Assembly (NCBI GenBank): GCA_963762565.1
Contig: CAVXLD010000007.1
Coordinates: 576,001 to 640,000 of the forward strand
Reading direction: 5' to 3'
Origin: an uncultured Verrucomicrobiae bacterium
GTDB lineage: Bacteria; Verrucomicrobiota; Verrucomicrobiia; Chthoniobacterales; JAFAMB01
DNA length: 64,000 nucleotides
Below are positions 1 through 8,804 of the stretch, piece after piece; the stretch's first letter is position 1, and each line of letters opens with the position of its first letter. The notes beneath the pieces are model-generated. The model did not search any database and had not been told where the DNA came from. It saw only the letters and a program-made list of their open reading frames with translations. Both the position numbers and the translations under genes were made by a program.

Positions 1-1
1 G

Positions 2-490
2 ATGATGGCGACACCGGTAGCGATTCAAGAATTAGTGCTAGGGAAGCTGATCCCATACTTCTTGCTGGGGCTGGGTTCGATGCTCTTCTGCACCGTAGTG
101 GCGGTCTTTGTCTTCCATACGCCTTTGCGCGGATCAATTATGTCATTGTTTTTGGTCACGTCACTGTTCCTAGCATGTGGGTTAGGCCTCGGCCTTTGGG
201 TGTCGACGCTTTCTAAAAGCCAGTTTGTGGCCGGTCAGATCGCTATCATTCTAGGTTTCTTGCCGGGTTTCCAGCTCTCCGGCTTCCTATTTGAAATCTC
301 CAGCATGCCGCAGATTATCCAGTTCCTAACCTGGCTATTTCCGGCTCGTTACTTCGTCCAGGCGCTACAAACAATTTTTCTTGCCGGTGACGTCTGGAGA
401 ATCGTCGCCTTTAACTCCCTAGTCCTAGCCGGCTTCGCCACCCTCTTCTTTATCCTAACCGCTCGAGTGACCCACAAACGCCTAGCCTGA
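2..490 (+). CDS. ybhS: ABC-2 type transporter permease, YbhS-like (5' partial)
   Basis: Hydrophobic ABC-2 C-terminus (ELVLGKLIPY, LSGFLFEISSMP, FPARYF); directly upstream of a YbhR-like permease. Confidence 0.8.
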   Translation: MMATPVAIQELVLGKLIPYFLLGLGSMLFCTVVAVFVFHTPLRGSIMSLFLVTSLFLACGLGLGLWVSTLSKSQFVAGQIAIILGFLPGFQLSGFLFEISSMPQIIQFLTWLFPARYFVQALQTIFLAGDVWRIVAFNSLVLAGFATLFFILTARVTHKRLA

Positions 491-511
491 AAAAAAGACA
501 CAGAAACTCCA

Positions 512-775
512 GCCGCAGATTTACGCAGATAAAAAAAGGAACCGCGAATGGACACGAATAAACGCGAATAGATGAAGAATCTCACCACGGCGACACGAGG
601 ACCACGGAGCGAGACTTTCAAGGAAGGTATTAGAAGTCTCTGGGTCCTCTGTGTCTCTGTGGTGAATTCAGTAATTTATTCGCGTCCATTCGTGTTCATT
701 CGTGGTCGGTCTTTTATCTGCGTCTATCTGCGCCTGTCGCGCCATAGCGAAGCGGCGGCGGATCCATCTGCGGTT
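512..775. repeat. Nested inverted-repeat cluster of three short-period families
   Basis: ccgcagatttacgcagat...atctgcgtctatctgcg encloses accgcgaatggacacgaat...attcgtgttcattcgtggt, which encloses caccacggcgacacgagg...cctctgtgtctctgtggtg. Confidence 0.85.
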
Positions 776-804
776 GAGTTCTTGTTTCCTGCGAGGAGGT
801 AATT

Positions 805-1911
805 ATGTGGCTTAGAATCATGACCCTGATTCGGAAGGAAGTATTGGCGGTGTTGCGTGATCCGCGGAACCGGGTCGCACTGATCCTGCCGCCGATTATG
901 CAACTCTTCTTGTTTTCGTTTACTGGCACCCTTGAGGTCAAGCATGTCGCGCTCGGCATTTGGAACCAGGATTATGGACAGGTCGCCAACGAAGTAATCG
1001 AACGACTTTGCGCTTCTCCGAATTTTGGACATGTGGAATTCGCGCACTCCCGCCAGGAACTGCAGGACATGATAGACGAACAGCGAGTAATGCTCGCGAT
1101 TACCTTTTTACCGGATTTTTCCCGAAAGTTTTCGCAGGGGCAGATGGCGCCGTTACAGATGATCGCTGACGGCCGGAAATCAAACTCTGCCCAGATCGCC
1201 CAAGGTTATGTGACCCAGGTAGTGAACCAATTTGTCAGTGAACAAACTCCGAGTGACAGCGATGCTCCGAATGTGCAGATAGTCGAACGAACGTGGTTTA
1301 ATCCAAATCTGGATTATATTTGGTTTACCCTGCCGTCGTTGGCGGTGATGATCACCTTGCAAATCTGCTTGAATGTTACAGCCATGTCAGTGGCTCGAGA
1401 ACGAGAGATGGGGACATTCGAACAGCTTTTGGTGTCACCGATGCGGCCGATGGAAATCATGGCCGGCAAAAGTATTCCGGCGCTCATTTTGGCGTTGATC
1501 GAAGTAACGATATTCATTTTGATTACGGTGTTCGTATTTCGGATTCCATTTCACGGCTCGGTCCTCTTCTTGTATCTCAGCCTGACGGTGTTTGTCATCG
1601 CCATGATCGGCATTGGCTTGAGCATTTCATCCATCGCCCTGACCCAGCAGCAAGCCCTTTTAGGCATCATGACCACTCTGCTTCCAGCAACCCTGCTTTC
1701 GGGGTACGCCGCACCCATCGAAAATATGCCGGGGTGGTTACAGCCACTCACCTATGCAAATCCGTTACGCTACATCATGATCGTAATGAAAGGCGTCTTT
1801 CTGAAAGACATGCCACCACTGGAGATCCTGAATAATACCTGGCCAATGGCTATTATCGCGGTGTTCACGTTAACCTTGGCCACGTTGTTGTTCAAAAGGC
1901 GGCTGGGTTGA
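805..1911 (+). CDS. ybhR: ABC-2 type transporter permease, YbhR-like
   Basis: 368 aa; MWLRIMTLIRKE start, DGRKSNSAQIA, AREREMGTFEQLLVSP; gaggagg RBS. Confidence 0.85.
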   Translation: MWLRIMTLIRKEVLAVLRDPRNRVALILPPIMQLFLFSFTGTLEVKHVALGIWNQDYGQVANEVIERLCASPNFGHVEFAHSRQELQDMIDEQRVMLAITFLPDFSRKFSQGQMAPLQMIADGRKSNSAQIAQGYVTQVVNQFVSEQTPSDSDAPNVQIVERTWFNPNLDYIWFTLPSLAVMITLQICLNVTAMSVAREREMGTFEQLLVSPMRPMEIMAGKSIPALILALIEVTIFILITVFVFRIPFHGSVLFLYLSLTVFVIAMIGIGLSISSIALTQQQALLGIMTTLLPATLLSGYAAPIENMPGWLQPLTYANPLRYIMIVMKGVFLKDMPPLEILNNTWPMAIIAVFTLTLATLLFKRRLG

Positions 1912-2000
1912 GAGCGTTGATCTGATCGCTGACTCGGAAATCATTGTGATCTACAAGGCGCGGAATAAACGTGTGAGGTGTGATTGGCGGATAGATCGGA

Positions 2001-2261
2001 GCGACCCCACGCCTGGAGGGGAGCCGCTTTGTAGGGTGAGAGCTCTATCGGTTAGCTGCCACCGAAAGCTTCGGGTAGACAGGCGGCTCCCGGGAACTAC
2101 CCAGCGCAGGGCTTTACGCTTGCGTCTCCGTTCCGAAACGAGTTGGCCGTTCCGTGGGCGAAAGAACTGCGACGCGCTGCGGTAATTCCCGGGAGCCGCC
2201 TGCTAGGAACTTACAGAACTGCCATCCTATAAAGCGGCTCCCCTCCAGGCTGCGGGGTCGC
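2001..2261. repeat. Four-motif long palindromic element (REPIN-like), copy 1
   Basis: ggaggggagccgcttt ... aggcggctcccgggaactac ... ttcccgggagccgcct ... aaagcggctcccctcc. Confidence 0.9.
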
Positions 2262-2276
2262 GACGTCGAATTTTGC

Positions 2277-2762
2277 CTATTCCCTCAGCGGCCGGAGATC
2301 GGGGTCGGTTAAGGCGATCTTTCTGAAGTTTTCGTCGAAAGCGCTTGCTCTTTGCAGATATGACCGGGCTTTCTCTAAATCACCCAATTGGGCGTAGTAG
2401 CAGGCTAGATTGAAATGGATAGTCGCGTTCTGAGGAAACTTCTGGAGGGCGGCCGATAGAATCACCTCGGCCGCAGCCAGGCTCTGGGCCCGCCGGATAG
2501 CAAAACCCAAGGCAATATACCAGTCTACTCCATCCGGATCTTTTTGGATCAATCGTTCGGCTACAGCTGCAGCCTCCGACCATTTTCCCCACGATTGATA
2601 GACTTGCAACCAGGTGGCCAAAACCGGCATCTCGTCCCTGGTGTCTTCGGGTAGGTCTTCAAGCTCTTCAACGGCCTCCTGGTAAAGGCCGAGCTCGGCA
2701 AACCCGCTGGCAGCCGTCACTTTTCGCCGAATCTCGAAAGCTTGCATCTCCGGCAAACGCAT
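2277..2762 (-). CDS. Tetratricopeptide repeat protein
   Basis: TPR motifs (ATIHFNLACYYAQLGDLEKARSYL; ALTDPDLRPL C-terminus). Confidence 0.8.
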   Translation of the reverse strand: MRLPEMQAFEIRRKVTAASGFAELGLYQEAVEELEDLPEDTRDEMPVLATWLQVYQSWGKWSEAAAVAERLIQKDPDGVDWYIALGFAIRRAQSLAAAEVILSAALQKFPQNATIHFNLACYYAQLGDLEKARSYLQRASAFDENFRKIALTDPDLRPLRE

Positions 2763-2992
2763 CAGGCGTTTGCCGGAGATGCAAGCTACGGCAGCAGAAT
2801 ACTCCGTATTGGCCGGGTTATTCTACTGCTTTTTTGGGGTAATTTTGAGGAAGATTGGGCTTAGCTTCAGGCCAAACAATAGGCCACGGCTCGGCGACAG
2901 TTAGGCCCAACCCGGCCATGTATGGGTTCAGCGGATTCGCCATAGCCTGCATGGTTTCCAAATGCAGACCATTTGGAAGCCAGGCAGGCTGG

Positions 2993-4279
2993 CTAGATCC
3001 ATGTCCCCGACGGGATCACCGAATTCTTCGGTATTACCACCACACCGTCACGAATGTAATAATTCGGACCATCCTCGGTAGGCGCTTTCCCATCCGGAGT
3101 GATAACCACTCCGTCCCCAATCCGGGCGTTCTTATCGATGATTGCTCGGTCGACGACGGTGTTCTTGCCGATACCGAGCGGCGGCGCGTCTGCAGTGGGC
3201 TTAGGATGATCGTCTTCGTAGAAATCCGCTCCCATGATCACAGAGTTCCGAATGGTGGCGCCGTTTTCAATCACGCTCCGAAGACCGATTACGGCCCGCT
3301 CTATATGGGCGTCCGAAATAATGCAGCCGTCGGCAATGATAGCGTGTTTCAAGGTAGCTGCGTTGATCTTACTGGCCGGCAAGAACCGCGGATGCGTATA
3401 GATTGGAGCCGATCGATCGAAGAAATTATATGGGGGGATAGTATCCGTCAGGGCTAAGTTTGCTTCGAAAAACGCACCGATGGTTCCGATATCTTCCCAA
3501 TAGCCTTGGAAGATGTAAGCCATCACTTTCCGATCCTTCAGAGCTCCGGGTAAAATGTGCTTTCCAAAATCGTCCATGTCGTTATCCAAGGCACGAATCA
3601 GGTTTTCCCGGTTGAATACATAGATACCCATTGAGCCCTGATAAAGTTCCGCATTCTCCGGCAGTCCCAAGTCCTTTAATAGTGGGGCCGGGATCATCAA
3701 TTCGTCGAGCAGCGCCGCCTCTTTTGGCTTTTCTTCAAACCTGAAAATGCGGCGATTGGAATCGCTATGCATGATACCGAAGGAGGAAGCGGCCTTCCGA
3801 TCAACTGGGGTAGTGCCTAAAGTGATATCGGCTTCGGAATCGATGTGCTGTCTTAACAAATCGATAAAGTCCATCCGATAGAGCTGGTCGCCGCTCAAAA
3901 TCAGGAAGTACTCGAATTCGCCTTCCAGGAAATAGCGCAGGTTCTGCCGGACGGCGTCGGCAGTGCCCTGATACCAACGTGAACCTTCCGGCGTTTGTTG
4001 GGCGGCAAGAACCTCTACGAAGTTGTTTGAGAAGTTATCAAATTTGTAGCTTGCGTGAATGTGCCGGTGCAGCGAGGTGCTGTTAAATTGGGTCAACACG
4101 TAGACGTGGCTCAGGCCGCAGTTCAGGCAGTTACTGATGGGGATGTCCACTAAGCGGTATTTACCTCCTAGTGGGACGGCCGGTTTCGCCCGATCCTTGG
4201 TCAACGGAAAAAGGCGGGTTCCAGCTCCGCCGCCCATGACGATCGCTAAGGTTTTGTTCTTAAGGGAGGATAGATCCAC
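2993..4279 (-). CDS. glgC: Glucose-1-phosphate adenylyltransferase
   Basis: GGGAGTRLFPLTKDRAKPAVP, WYQGTADAV, LSGDQLYRMD, YWEDIGT; start trimmed to GTG at 4279 because the upstream ORF extension is repeat DNA. Confidence 0.97.
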   Translation of the reverse strand: MDLSSLKNKTLAIVMGGGAGTRLFPLTKDRAKPAVPLGGKYRLVDIPISNCLNCGLSHVYVLTQFNSTSLHRHIHASYKFDNFSNNFVEVLAAQQTPEGSRWYQGTADAVRQNLRYFLEGEFEYFLILSGDQLYRMDFIDLLRQHIDSEADITLGTTPVDRKAASSFGIMHSDSNRRIFRFEEKPKEAALLDELMIPAPLLKDLGLPENAELYQGSMGIYVFNRENLIRALDNDMDDFGKHILPGALKDRKVMAYIFQGYWEDIGTIGAFFEANLALTDTIPPYNFFDRSAPIYTHPRFLPASKINAATLKHAIIADGCIISDAHIERAVIGLRSVIENGATIRNSVIMGADFYEDDHPKPTADAPPLGIGKNTVVDRAIIDKNARIGDGVVITPDGKAPTEDGPNYYIRDGVVVIPKNSVIPSGTWI

Positions 4280-4286
4280 CCGATAC

Positions 4287-4564
4287 CCTCGCCTTAGGCT
4301 CGGGAATGACAAATAGCAAATAGCAGATAGCAAATCGGGCTCGCCTAGGGGAGTGGAGCGCGCCCGGTAAAAGAACCGTGGAGAGGTGGTGCGGATAGGA
4401 CCTATGGGACACATGGGACTTATCGGCCCGTCTCATTAGTCCTATCTGTCCTATAGGTCCTATAAGTCCCATCCATGCCACCTCTGCCCGGTTCCCCTAC
4501 CGGGCGTTCTCCATCCCCCAGCGAGCCCCATTTGCTATTTGCTATGCCCGAGCCTAAGCGAGGG
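4287..4564. repeat. Nested palindrome filling the glgC-glmS divergent intergenic region
   Basis: cctcgccttaggctcggg/cccgagcctaagcgagg arms, tagcaaa/tttgcta heptamers, central ggacctatgggac/gtcctataggtcc nonamers. Confidence 0.8.
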
Positions 4565-4624
4565 CTCGGCCAAGGCTTGCACCCGGTAGGAATCTTTGGC
4601 AGGGTTGCGCTTTGTTTTATATCT

Positions 4625-6475
4625 ATGTGCGGAATCATTGGTTACATCGGACAAGCGGAAGCCACGCCAATTTTAATGGATGGGCTTAGACGCCTTGAAT
4701 ACCGAGGATATGATTCGGCTGGCATCGCTTTGGTGGCGCAGGGGTCGATGCAGATCCGCAAATGTGCCGGCAGGATTGGCAGTCTGGCGCAACTGATTCA
4801 AAAAGAGCCACCCCGCGGTTCGGTTGGGCTTGGGCATACGCGTTGGGCCACCCATGGCGCGGTCACAGATGACAATGCGCATCCGCATGTCGATCGGTCC
4901 GGAAAGCTCGCCCTGATCCACAATGGGGTGATCGAGAATTTCCAACTCCTTCGAGACCAACTCACCGGGCAGCAACACCAGTTTCACACGGAAACGGATA
5001 CCGAAGTTCTGGCGCATCTGATTGGACACATCTTCGATGAACTGCCCGGCCCTCGATCGAAAGAAACATTGTTGGAAGCGCTGCGCCGGTCCCTCAAGCA
5101 GGTCAATGGTACTTACGGCTTAGCGCTAATCCATTTGGATGTACCCGATGTGGTCTTAGCAGCTCGGCGAGGCAGCCCCTTGATTCTGGGCATTGGGAAA
5201 GGCCAAAACTTTATTGTCAGCGATGTAAGCGCAATCGTCGGCCACACACGTGACGTGGTTTATTTGGACGATTACGACCTCGTGACGGTTGAACGTGACC
5301 ACTTCGATATCGCTTCTTTGGCCGGCACGGATGCCAAATTCCAGGTCAGCAAAGTGGAGTTTACGAGCGAAGAAGCGGATCTGGGAGAGTACCCGCACTA
5401 CATGCTCAAGGAAATCTTTGAGCAGCCCAATGCGATACGGGATGCGATGCGGGGACGTCTATCAGCTGAGGATTCGACGGCTAAGCTCGGTGGCCTCAAC
5501 ATGTCCTCCCGAGAGCTACGCGAGGTCGAACGGATTGTGTTAACCGCTTGCGGTTCGGCTTTCCATACCGCTTTGGTGGGCGAGTACTTGTTAGAAAACC
5601 TGGCTCATCTGCCAACCGAATGTGAATTCGCCAGCGAGTTCCGTTATCGGAATATGCCGATGAACAAAGACACCTTAGTCTTTGCCATCAGTCAGAGCGG
5701 CGAGACCATCGATACCTTGGCTGCTCTTCGGGAGAGCAAACGAAAAGGCCACCGCACTCTGGGAATCTGTAACAATGTCGGTAGTACCGTAGCCAGGGAA
5801 AGCGATGGCGGGGTTTACATGCATGCGGGTCCGGAGATCGGAGTCGCTGCGACCAAGTCTTTTACTTCCCAGATCACGTGTTTAGCCCTCTTGGCTCTGT
5901 TGTTAGGCCGGATTCGGCATTTATCTAGCGCCCAAGGGATAGAGGCCATCCAGGCAATGGAGAGTCTACCGGATAAAGTCCGGCAACTTCTCGCTGAGGC
6001 TGACAATATTCGCGAGTTAGCCGTCAAGTATGCTGAATCAGCCGGGTTCCTCTTCTTTGGCCGTCAGTACAATTACCCGATCGCACTCGAAGGGGCCCTA
6101 AAACTCAAGGAAATCAGCTACCGATTTGCTGAAGGACATCCCAGCGCGGAATTAAAGCACGGCGTGATTGCTTTGGTTCGGCCCGAAGTCCCCTCGATTG
6201 TCATCGCCCCGGACGACGCCGTTTTCGCGAAGAACATCAATGCGATTGAACAGATCAAGGCGCGGAAAGGGAAGGTGATCGCTGTGGCTACAGAGGGGCG
6301 CAAGGACCTGGCCCGACTGGTGGATGATGTCATTTACATCCCAAAATGCCCGGACTTTGTTTCACCCATTCTAACCGTCATTCCCCTCCAGCTCTTTGCC
6401 TATTACCTCGCGGTCCAGCTCGGTTGCGACGTCGACAAGCCACGCAATCTTGCAAAAAGCGTCACCGTCGAGTGA
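4625..6475 (+). CDS. glmS: Glutamine--fructose-6-phosphate transaminase (isomerizing)
   Basis: MCGIIGY start at 4625, GHTRWATHG, SQSGET, DKPRNLAKSVTVE C-terminus. Confidence 0.98.
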   Translation: MCGIIGYIGQAEATPILMDGLRRLEYRGYDSAGIALVAQGSMQIRKCAGRIGSLAQLIQKEPPRGSVGLGHTRWATHGAVTDDNAHPHVDRSGKLALIHNGVIENFQLLRDQLTGQQHQFHTETDTEVLAHLIGHIFDELPGPRSKETLLEALRRSLKQVNGTYGLALIHLDVPDVVLAARRGSPLILGIGKGQNFIVSDVSAIVGHTRDVVYLDDYDLVTVERDHFDIASLAGTDAKFQVSKVEFTSEEADLGEYPHYMLKEIFEQPNAIRDAMRGRLSAEDSTAKLGGLNMSSRELREVERIVLTACGSAFHTALVGEYLLENLAHLPTECEFASEFRYRNMPMNKDTLVFAISQSGETIDTLAALRESKRKGHRTLGICNNVGSTVARESDGGVYMHAGPEIGVAATKSFTSQITCLALLALLLGRIRHLSSAQGIEAIQAMESLPDKVRQLLAEADNIRELAVKYAESAGFLFFGRQYNYPIALEGALKLKEISYRFAEGHPSAELKHGVIALVRPEVPSIVIAPDDAVFAKNINAIEQIKARKGKVIAVATEGRKDLARLVDDVIYIPKCPDFVSPILTVIPLQLFAYYLAVQLGCDVDKPRNLAKSVTVE

Positions 6476-6548
6476 TAGGCGAATGGGCGAGACGGCGACG
6501 GGGTGTTCGAGGCGCGAAGCGTTTAACCGGGATGGCATGGCCCCTGAT

Positions 6549-6768
6549 CGGTAGGGCGAAAATCTCGGCGCGTATACCGGCTCCCACCTCGCCGAATCAA
6601 TCGCGCCGGATTTGAGCCATGCGTGCGGATGGCCTCGCCCAAAACGTTGCTGATTTTCGACGATATCAAATTCTAGCAGGTGGTATGCGGACGGCGCGGC
6701 TCAAATCCGGCGCGGGAACACCACAGGCGAAACAACGTCCTCGGCGCGCCGAGATTTTCGCCCTACCG
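6549..6768. repeat. GTAG-type four-motif palindromic element
   Basis: Outer perfect IR cggtagggcgaaaatctcggcgcg/cgcgccgagattttcgccctaccg; inner perfect IR cgcgccggatttgagcc/ggctcaaatccggcgcg. Confidence 0.85.
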
Positions 6769-6975
6769 GCCCAACCCGCATCCTCCCTTGATTTCCCGGC
6801 CAACCGGGCGCAGCCTTGCAAGAGGCCCGTTAATTTAGAAATAGAGCGCAACAGCGCCAGGGTGCAGATTGTTTACGCCAATGTACCTGGTAAGCGAAGT
6901 CGGCCCGCCGAAAGGAAATGCTTATGGGTGCTAGGATAGAACCGCCGACTCTGTGAGATTGGAACTTTATTAATA

Positions 6976-7677
6976 ATGGCCGCGCAACCGCCAGACGAAC
7001 CGTTTCCCGATTCCGAGAATGCGCTTGCAGACTTGCTCAGGCAGTTACCCGCAACCAGCCGTCGCACCTTTCTGAAAAGGCTTGCATCTGCCGGGTTTGC
7101 GGTGGCTTTACCAGCAGAAGTTCTGGGTGAAACGACCGCAGAACCTCCAAAACCCTCTCCTTCGAGTTCTCCAGCCGCTAACGTTCCCGCGACGTTGCAG
7201 ATAAACGGCAAGTCTTATCCCATCGATGTCGAAGCTCGAACCACACTGCTTGATTTCTTGCGCGAATCTCTGGGCCTAACAGGTAGCAAAAAAGGCTGTG
7301 ACCATGGGCAATGCGGGGCGTGCACCGTGCTGGTTAACGGACGGAGGATCAACTCTTGTCTCACGCTGGCCGTGATGCACGAGGGAGATCTGATCACCAC
7401 AGTGGAAGGTCTCGCTCAGGACGGTCAGCTCAGCCGCTTGCAGGACGCATTTATCCGGCACGACGCTTTCCAATGTGGTTTTTGTACCGCGGGGCAGCTC
7501 TGTTCGGCCGCAGCCTGTGTAAACGAAGGACATGCCACCAATGAAAGCGAAATTCGAGAATGGATGAGTGGCAATCTTTGCCGGTGTGGCGCTTATCCAA
7601 ACATCGTGGCAGCCATTTTAGAGCTGCGCCAACAGACCCCGGTGGCTGGCGGGACGACTATGGCAAATGACAAATGA
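6976..7677 (+). CDS. paoA: Aldehyde oxidoreductase 2Fe-2S subunit with Tat signal (PaoA/YagT-like)
   Basis: SRRTFLK twin-arginine motif; [31 protein letters not shown]. Confidence 0.9.
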   Translation: MAAQPPDEPFPDSENALADLLRQLPATSRRTFLKRLASAGFAVALPAEVLGETTAEPPKPSPSSSPAANVPATLQINGKSYPIDVEARTTLLDFLRESLGLTGSKKGCDHGQCGACTVLVNGRRINSCLTLAVMHEGDLITTVEGLAQDGQLSRLQDAFIRHDAFQCGFCTAGQLCSAAACVNEGHATNESEIREWMSGNLCRCGAYPNIVAAILELRQQTPVAGGTTMANDK

Positions 7678-7792
7678 CAAATAACAAATGCAAACAGGAG
7701 ACAATGAACATGAAAAGCATGAGGCACCGGGGATATTCTTTGTCATCTGTCATCTGTCATCTGTCATGCCGAGCCTCTGGCGAGGCTGAGCT

Positions 7793-8785
7793 ATGAACAA
7801 CTTCGCTTACGTCCGGGCAAACGATATCGATTCCGCGCTAACTCTGATCCGGACCCGACCCAAGCCTCGATTTCTAGCCGGAGGCACCAATCTTCTCGAT
7901 CTATGGAAAATGGGGGTCGAACAGCCACAAACGGTAATTGATATCACTCGGCTGGGCCTTGCTGACATTGCTGCTCGTCCGGACGGCACTGGGTTAAGAA
8001 TTGGAGCCCTCGCGCGAAACTCAGATGTAGCGGAGCATCCGCTGGTTTTAAGCCAATATCCGGTTTTGAGTCGGGCGCTTTTGGCCGGCGCCAGCCCGCA
8101 GTTGCGCAACGCAGCTACGGTCGGTGGTAATTTGATGCAGCGAACACGTTGCCCTTACTTCTATGATCCCGCTTTTCCTTCCTGCAATAAGCGAAAGCCG
8201 GGCTCGGGGTGCGGTGCACTCAATGGTTACAACCGGATGCACGCGATTCTGGGACAAAGCGATGAGTGTATTGCCACCAACCCAAGCGATATGTGTGTCG
8301 CGTTAGCCGTCCTGGATGCCCAAGTCCGGGTGATAGGTCCTGATGGTGAGCGCGTAATCGCGATCGGTGACTTTCATCGTTTGCCTGGCGATCGTCCGGA
8401 GTTGGACACCACGCTTCAGGCCAACGAGTTAATTACCGCGGTGGATCTACCACCCTTGGCAGATACCAAACATAGCCTCTACCTGAAGGTGCGCGACAGG
8501 TCTCTTTATGCTTTCGCACTGGTTAGCGCTGCGGTGGCCTTAACGTTTGAGAATGGATTGATCAATACTGCGCGAATCGCATTGGGTGGGGTCGCGCCCA
8601 AACCTTGGCGGGTACCGGAGGCAGAAGCCATGATCCAAGGGGTCGGCCCGGATCGTGGGGCCTTCGAGCGGGTTGCCGATCGGCTACTGCAGGGCGCGCA
8701 CGCCTACCGGTACAATCAATATAAGCTTACCCTGGCGCGGAAAGTCGCGGTGCGCGCACTGTCCGCGGCGGCAGCCTCGACCTAG
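7793..8785 (+). CDS. paoB: Aldehyde oxidoreductase FAD-binding subunit (PaoB/YagS-like)
   Basis: AGGTNLLDL, GASPQLRNAATVGGNLMQRTRC, CNKR..GSGC Fe-S motif. Confidence 0.9.
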   Translation: MNNFAYVRANDIDSALTLIRTRPKPRFLAGGTNLLDLWKMGVEQPQTVIDITRLGLADIAARPDGTGLRIGALARNSDVAEHPLVLSQYPVLSRALLAGASPQLRNAATVGGNLMQRTRCPYFYDPAFPSCNKRKPGSGCGALNGYNRMHAILGQSDECIATNPSDMCVALAVLDAQVRVIGPDGERVIAIGDFHRLPGDRPELDTTLQANELITAVDLPPLADTKHSLYLKVRDRSLYAFALVSAAVALTFENGLINTARIALGGVAPKPWRVPEAEAMIQGVGPDRGAFERVADRLLQGAHAYRYNQYKLTLARKVAVRALSAAAAST

Positions 8786-8804
8786 TTATGGCCTCGACCT
8801 AGTT

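Noticed and set aside
1946..2185. Short ORFs sharing GGEPL / RRLPGTTQ / QSGSPP peptides (also near 11 kb, 20 kb, 24 kb, 27 kb)
   Set aside because: Translations of the palindromic element in varying frames and strands, not a protein family
2855..3457. Long antisense ORFs (also 12948-13559, 37483-38169, 57482-57919)
   Set aside because: Shadows of well-supported genes with no recognisable motifs
4280..4624. glmS ribozyme upstream of glmS
   Set aside because: Region is accounted for by nested palindromic repeats; no ribozyme core recognised
4280..4624. N-terminal extensions of glgC and glmS in the ORF track (likewise paoC, peptidase, DHS-like, TOBE)
   Set aside because: Extensions run through repeat DNA or upstream genes; family-typical starts lie downstream
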